DNA of 64,000 nucleotides, from NCBI GenBank assembly GCA_963850305.1, contig CAWKKR010000007.1, positions 32,001 through 96,000 of the forward strand. Direction: 5' to 3'. The notes beneath the pieces are model-generated. The model did not search any database. It saw nothing but the letters and a program-made list of their open reading frames with translations, and was not told where the DNA came from. Shown here piece after piece: positions 60,318 to 64,000 of this stretch. The stretch's first letter is position 1, and every line of letters starts with the position of its first letter. A program made the translations under genes and the position numbers. The DNA is from an uncultured delta proteobacterium (lineage in GTDB: Bacteria > Myxococcota_A > Polyangia > Polyangiales > Polyangiaceae).

Positions 60318-61538
60318 ATGACGCTCGGGCTCTTCGAAGGGGTCGGCATCGAGGTCGAGACGATGCTCGTTCACGCGAGCGATCTCGCCGTCTTTCCCGT
60401 CTGCGATCGCGTTCTTCGCGCCGCGGGCGACCGTTCCGAGGGCGAAGTGACGCGCGGCGAGACGGCGTGGTCGAACGAGCTCGTCCTCCACGTCATCGAG
60501 CGAAAAACCCACGGCCCGAGGCCGTCGCTCGACGGCCTCGCCGCCGCGCTGACGAACGACGTCCGCGCCATCGAGGCGTTGCTCGAACCGCTCGGCGGTC
60601 GCCTGCTCCCGACGGGCATGCACCCGCTCATGGATCCGGTGCGCGACACGCGCCTCTGGCCCCACGGCTACGGTGACGTCTACCGTGCCTACGATCGCGC
60701 GTTCGGGTGTCGCGGTCACGGCTGGTCCAACCTCCAGAGTGTGCACGTCAATCTGCCGTTCTCCGGCGACGCAGAGTTCGGACGCTTGCACGCGGCAGTG
60801 CGTCTCGTGCTCCCGCTGTTACCGGCGCTCGCCGCGAGCACACCGATCGCGGACGGTGCCGTCACCGGCACGCTCGACACGCGCCTCGTCGTGTACCGTC
60901 GAAACCAGCGCCTCGTTCCGAGCATCACCGGGGACGTCATCCCCGAGCGCGCGTTCACCCGCGCCGAGTACGAGGATCGCGTGCTCCGTCCCATCGCGCG
61001 CGACCTTCGCCGGATCGATCCCGACGGCGTGCTCGAGCCCGAGTGGGTCAATTCGCGCGGCGCGATCGCCCGCTTCGTGCGCGACAGCGTCGAGATCCGC
61101 GTCATCGACGCCCAGGAGTGCGCCTCGGCGGACGTCGCGGTCGCGGCCGCCGCCATCGCCGCCGTGCGCGCGCTCGTGGAAGAAAAGTGGGTCTCGTTCG
61201 AGGAGCAACGCGAGTGGCACGAGTCGCGGCTCGAGCCGCTCTTCACGCAAGCCACGGTCGTCGGCGGCGCCGCGGTCGTCGAGGACGCCGATTACCTGCG
61301 TTCCTTCGGCATCGCGCGCGGCAAGGTCACGCTCCGCGAGCTCTGGGCACACTCGATCGAAACACTCGACGTCCAGGTCGATGGCCAGCGCGCGGCCCTC
61401 GACGTCATCGTTCGAGACGGCTCCCTGTCGGAACGCATTCTCGCCGCGACCGGCGCGAACCCCTCGCACGCGAAGATCCGCGACGTGTACCGCGAGCTCG
61501 CCGACTGTCTCCGGGAGGATCGTTCGTTCTCCCCATGA
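60318..61538 (+). CDS. Glutamate-cysteine ligase family (GCS2) protein
   Basis: GIEVE, WSNELVLHVIE, PTGMHP, HGWSNLQSVHVNLPF, NSRGAIARF, EIRVID. Confidence 0.88.
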   Translation: MTLGLFEGVGIEVETMLVHASDLAVFPVCDRVLRAAGDRSEGEVTRGETAWSNELVLHVIERKTHGPRPSLDGLAAALTNDVRAIEALLEPLGGRLLPTGMHPLMDPVRDTRLWPHGYGDVYRAYDRAFGCRGHGWSNLQSVHVNLPFSGDAEFGRLHAAVRLVLPLLPALAASTPIADGAVTGTLDTRLVVYRRNQRLVPSITGDVIPERAFTRAEYEDRVLRPIARDLRRIDPDGVLEPEWVNSRGAIARFVRDSVEIRVIDAQECASADVAVAAAAIAAVRALVEEKWVSFEEQREWHESRLEPLFTQATVVGGAAVVEDADYLRSFGIARGKVTLRELWAHSIETLDVQVDGQRAALDVIVRDGSLSERILAATGANPSHAKIRDVYRELADCLREDRSFSP

Positions 61539-62227
61539 GCCGCGCCGTCATCGTCACTTGCGAGCACGGGGGCAATCGCATCCCGCGGCGTTACGCGCGG
61601 GCCTTTCGGGGCAAGGACGCGCTGCTCGCGACCCATCGCGGCTGGGACATCGGCGCCGCGCGCGTCGCCGTCGAAGTCGCGGACCGCGTGGGCGCCCCGC
61701 TCTTCGTCGCCACCACGTCGCGCCTGGTCGTCGATCTGAATCGCTCCGTGTCGCATCCGAAGCTCTTCTCGGATGTCACCCGCGCGTTCACCGTCGACGA
61801 GCGCCGTCGCATCCTCGACGAGCATTACGTCCCGCACCGCGCGGCCGTCGAACACGCCGTCGCGAGAGGCCGCGCCGGCGGTCACTCCGTCGTGCACCTC
61901 GCGATCCACTCGTTCACGCCCGCACTCGACGGCGACGTCCGTCGCGCCGACATCGGCTTGCTCTACGACCCGTCGCACCGCGCCGAGCGCTCCGTCTGCG
62001 ACGCACTGCATCTCGCCCTCGCGTCGCTCGCGCCGGACCTCGTCGTGCGCCGCAACTATCCCTACCTCGGCATCTCCGACTCCTTTCCCACGGCACTCCG
62101 TCGCGCCTACACGCGGTATGCCGGCATCGAGATCGAGTTCAATCAGAAGCGGCTCGCGAGTGCGGGTGACGCCCGGAGAATGGCGTCGCTGCTCGCCGAA
62201 GCATTCGCGTCCATCGATCGAGGTTGA
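61535..62227 (+). CDS. N-formylglutamate amidohydrolase family protein
   Basis: TCEHGGN, HRGWDIGA, SRLVVDLNR, YVPHR, IHSFTP, RRNYPY. Confidence 0.9.
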   Translation: MSRAVIVTCEHGGNRIPRRYARAFRGKDALLATHRGWDIGAARVAVEVADRVGAPLFVATTSRLVVDLNRSVSHPKLFSDVTRAFTVDERRRILDEHYVPHRAAVEHAVARGRAGGHSVVHLAIHSFTPALDGDVRRADIGLLYDPSHRAERSVCDALHLALASLAPDLVVRRNYPYLGISDSFPTALRRAYTRYAGIEIEFNQKRLASAGDARRMASLLAEAFASIDRG

Positions 62228-62371
62228 GGGCGCCACGAAGGAACGAGCGCGGCAGAAGACGTTGCGCGTCACTCCCTGCCGCGATCGTCGCGACCGAAGG
62301 TGCCGCCGCGCCTGCGCGGAATTGCAGGCCGGCACGGCCGCATCGGGCTTCCCGTTCTCGGGTGCCCGTGG

Positions 62372-62644
62372 TCAGAGATTCTCGATCGAGCGCAACAGCT
62401 CCGGCACGAAGGACGTGCGGGGGCGGATGAGCGTTGCCTGTGCGGCACGCGGTCGGACGCGGATGATGGCGTCGTTCGGGCCGAAGCCGCCGGCGCTCAG
62501 CGGGTCGTCGTCGAACGTGTAGCCGTAGCCGTCGGCGCTGTCGCCCTGGCTGTCTTCTTTCTGTTGCGGCCCTGCATACGCTCTCGCCGCCACCAGGGAC
62601 AGTCCGGCCGCGACGGCGAGGGCCCTTACCGCATGTCGAGTCAT
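62372..62644 (-). CDS. CglF/GltF-like small secreted gliding-motility protein
   Basis: GGAGG RBS, signal peptide, YTFDDD, C-terminal LIRPRTSFVPELLRSIENL resembling the GltF terminus as I recall it. Confidence 0.7.
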   Translation of the reverse strand: MTRHAVRALAVAAGLSLVAARAYAGPQQKEDSQGDSADGYGYTFDDDPLSAGGFGPNDAIIRVRPRAAQATLIRPRTSFVPELLRSIENL

Positions 62645-62988
62645 GGGTACCTCCATGCTGGCTCGGGCGGTTCGCACGAGCCGGTTCTGGGTTCGGGCGG
62701 GCGGAGGCGTCTGTCGCACACGGCGCGACCGCCGTCTCTTCAGGAACCGACGGCCTCTCTCGTTTATTCCCGCTCTCGAACGAACCTCGAGCCGCTCGCC
62801 TCGAACGAAGCTCGAGCCACGCGGGAATGCCATCGCAAAGTCGCAGCAACCAACCCTTCTGCAGGAGGTCTCGGTCGCCCGGAAACTGCAAGGGCCTCGA
62901 CTTCGTCGAGGCGAGGGCACTCGGAGGTGGATGAGGATGCGCGCGCCGCGCATCGAGTCTGATGTGGTCGAATTCCGCGAGACCTGAA

Positions 62989-63004
62989 CGGCATGCCTCG
63001 TGCT
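62989..63004 (+). promoter_or_regulatory. Candidate sigma-54 -24/-12 promoter
   Basis: cGGCATGcctcgtGCT with GG-N10-GC spacing, ~53 nt before ATG 63057. Confidence 0.35.
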
Positions 63005-63056
63005 TGAGAGACGAACTCGCGGCCTTCTGTGCCACGCCGCGGAAGCAGGGAAGCAG

Positions 63057-63956
63057 ATGCATCGAAGAGATTTCGGGAGTTTGAGGCGCTTTGGCCGCGT
63101 GATGCTCATCGCGGGGTGTGCCATCGGCAGCCCCGCGGCGCTGAGCGCCTGCGGCGGCAATGCCTCGGGATCTGCCGGTGGGGGCGGAAGCGCCGGGGCC
63201 GACGCGGGGAACGGCGGAGCGGGTGGCGCGGGCGGCCATTCCGGGGGCGCTGGAGGAAGCGGCAGCGGCGGTGTCCTCGGCGGCGCAGGGGGTGCGGTCT
63301 GCGGGCTCTGTCCGGCGATCGCGTGCGCCGAGGGCGTGCGGCTCAGCATCACGCCCAACGTCGACGCGGGTGCCAGCGTACTTGCGAATCTGTCGGTCAC
63401 CGCGAATGGGCTCACGTTCGATTGCACGGCGAGCTCGTCGCCCTGTGAGTGGTTCTGTAACTCGATCGGCCCCATCCCGGACGGCGACTACGTGATAACC
63501 GTGTCGGCGCCGGGCTTCGAGCCAGGGACCGTCGACGTGCACGCGGTCACGCCGACCGATTGTGGTTGTTGTGGCTGCTGTCCGTTCCAGACGTTCCAGG
63601 CCCTGACGCTCGAACCCAACGGTTCGTCCGTGACCGGCTGCTGCGCCAATCTGCAGGAGGACGCTCGCAATTGCGGCACGTGCGGCCGCGCGTGTGACTC
63701 GGGCTCCACTTGCGCCGCCGGCAAGTGTACGCCCGCCGCCGAAGGATGTCTGAAGGCGGCCGCGGGTGTCACGACGTGCGAGGCGTACTGCAAGGGCGGC
63801 GGCGAGGCGTGCGTCGAGGGCTGCGGAGCCAACGACGCGACTGGCGCGCTCGAGTGGGCCGGCACCGATGCCTGCTCCGGGGCGTATCAGAACCGGACCT
63901 GTTCCGACGTGTTCGATGCTTCGGCGAGCTACGCCTGTTGCTGCGGCGATCCGTAA
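63057..63956 (+). CDS. Gly-linker Cys-rich lipoprotein
   Basis: LSAC lipobox, Gly-rich linker, NCGTCGRAC, terminal CCC. Confidence 0.75.
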   Translation: MHRRDFGSLRRFGRVMLIAGCAIGSPAALSACGGNASGSAGGGGSAGADAGNGGAGGAGGHSGGAGGSGSGGVLGGAGGAVCGLCPAIACAEGVRLSITPNVDAGASVLANLSVTANGLTFDCTASSSPCEWFCNSIGPIPDGDYVITVSAPGFEPGTVDVHAVTPTDCGCCGCCPFQTFQALTLEPNGSSVTGCCANLQEDARNCGTCGRACDSGSTCAAGKCTPAAEGCLKAAAGVTTCEAYCKGGGEACVEGCGANDATGALEWAGTDACSGAYQNRTCSDVFDASASYACCCGDP

Positions 63957-64000
63957 CGGCGCGAAGGCCGTCTTCGTTCGTCCCTCACCCTGCGACGGAT

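Overview
GC-rich DNA with a gene complement typical of Myxococcota, probably Polyangiaceae-like (inference from Ser/Thr kinase-PEGA modules, Cys-rich lipoproteins, TSP3-repeat proteins and a CglF/GltF-like protein). 1-4.9 kb is the end of an integrative element at an initiator tRNA-Met: XRE regulator with paired operators, a 50-aa basic ORF, a 131-aa gene flanked by ~108-bp structured direct repeats, a GTAC-rich iteron-like region, excisionase and tyrosine integrase. 5-29.8 kb is mostly core genome: iscS, copper monooxygenase-like lipoprotein, gap-pgk-tpiA-secG, trpC, a frameshifted FHA-GAF-cyclase, glpK, a TraB-like barrel-TSP3 protein ending in an AMIN-like domain, a MacAB-type ABC exporter, hydratase and FKBP. 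29.8-37.7 kb is a decayed accessory island of gene fragments with a Uma2 nuclease whose 3' end is duplicated, a 21-bp palindromic tandem array and a second copy of the ~130-aa family. 37.7-64 kb holds signalling and envelope genes, hairpin repeats and a six-gene glutamyl ligase/peptidase cluster (RimK-TrkA-C, RimB-like protease, C39-like peptidase, long RimK, GCS2, N-formylglutamate amidohydrolase). Best candidates for undescribed systems: the repeat-flanked cassette with its paralog, and the ligase/peptidase cluster. All calls are by eye; no searches were run.
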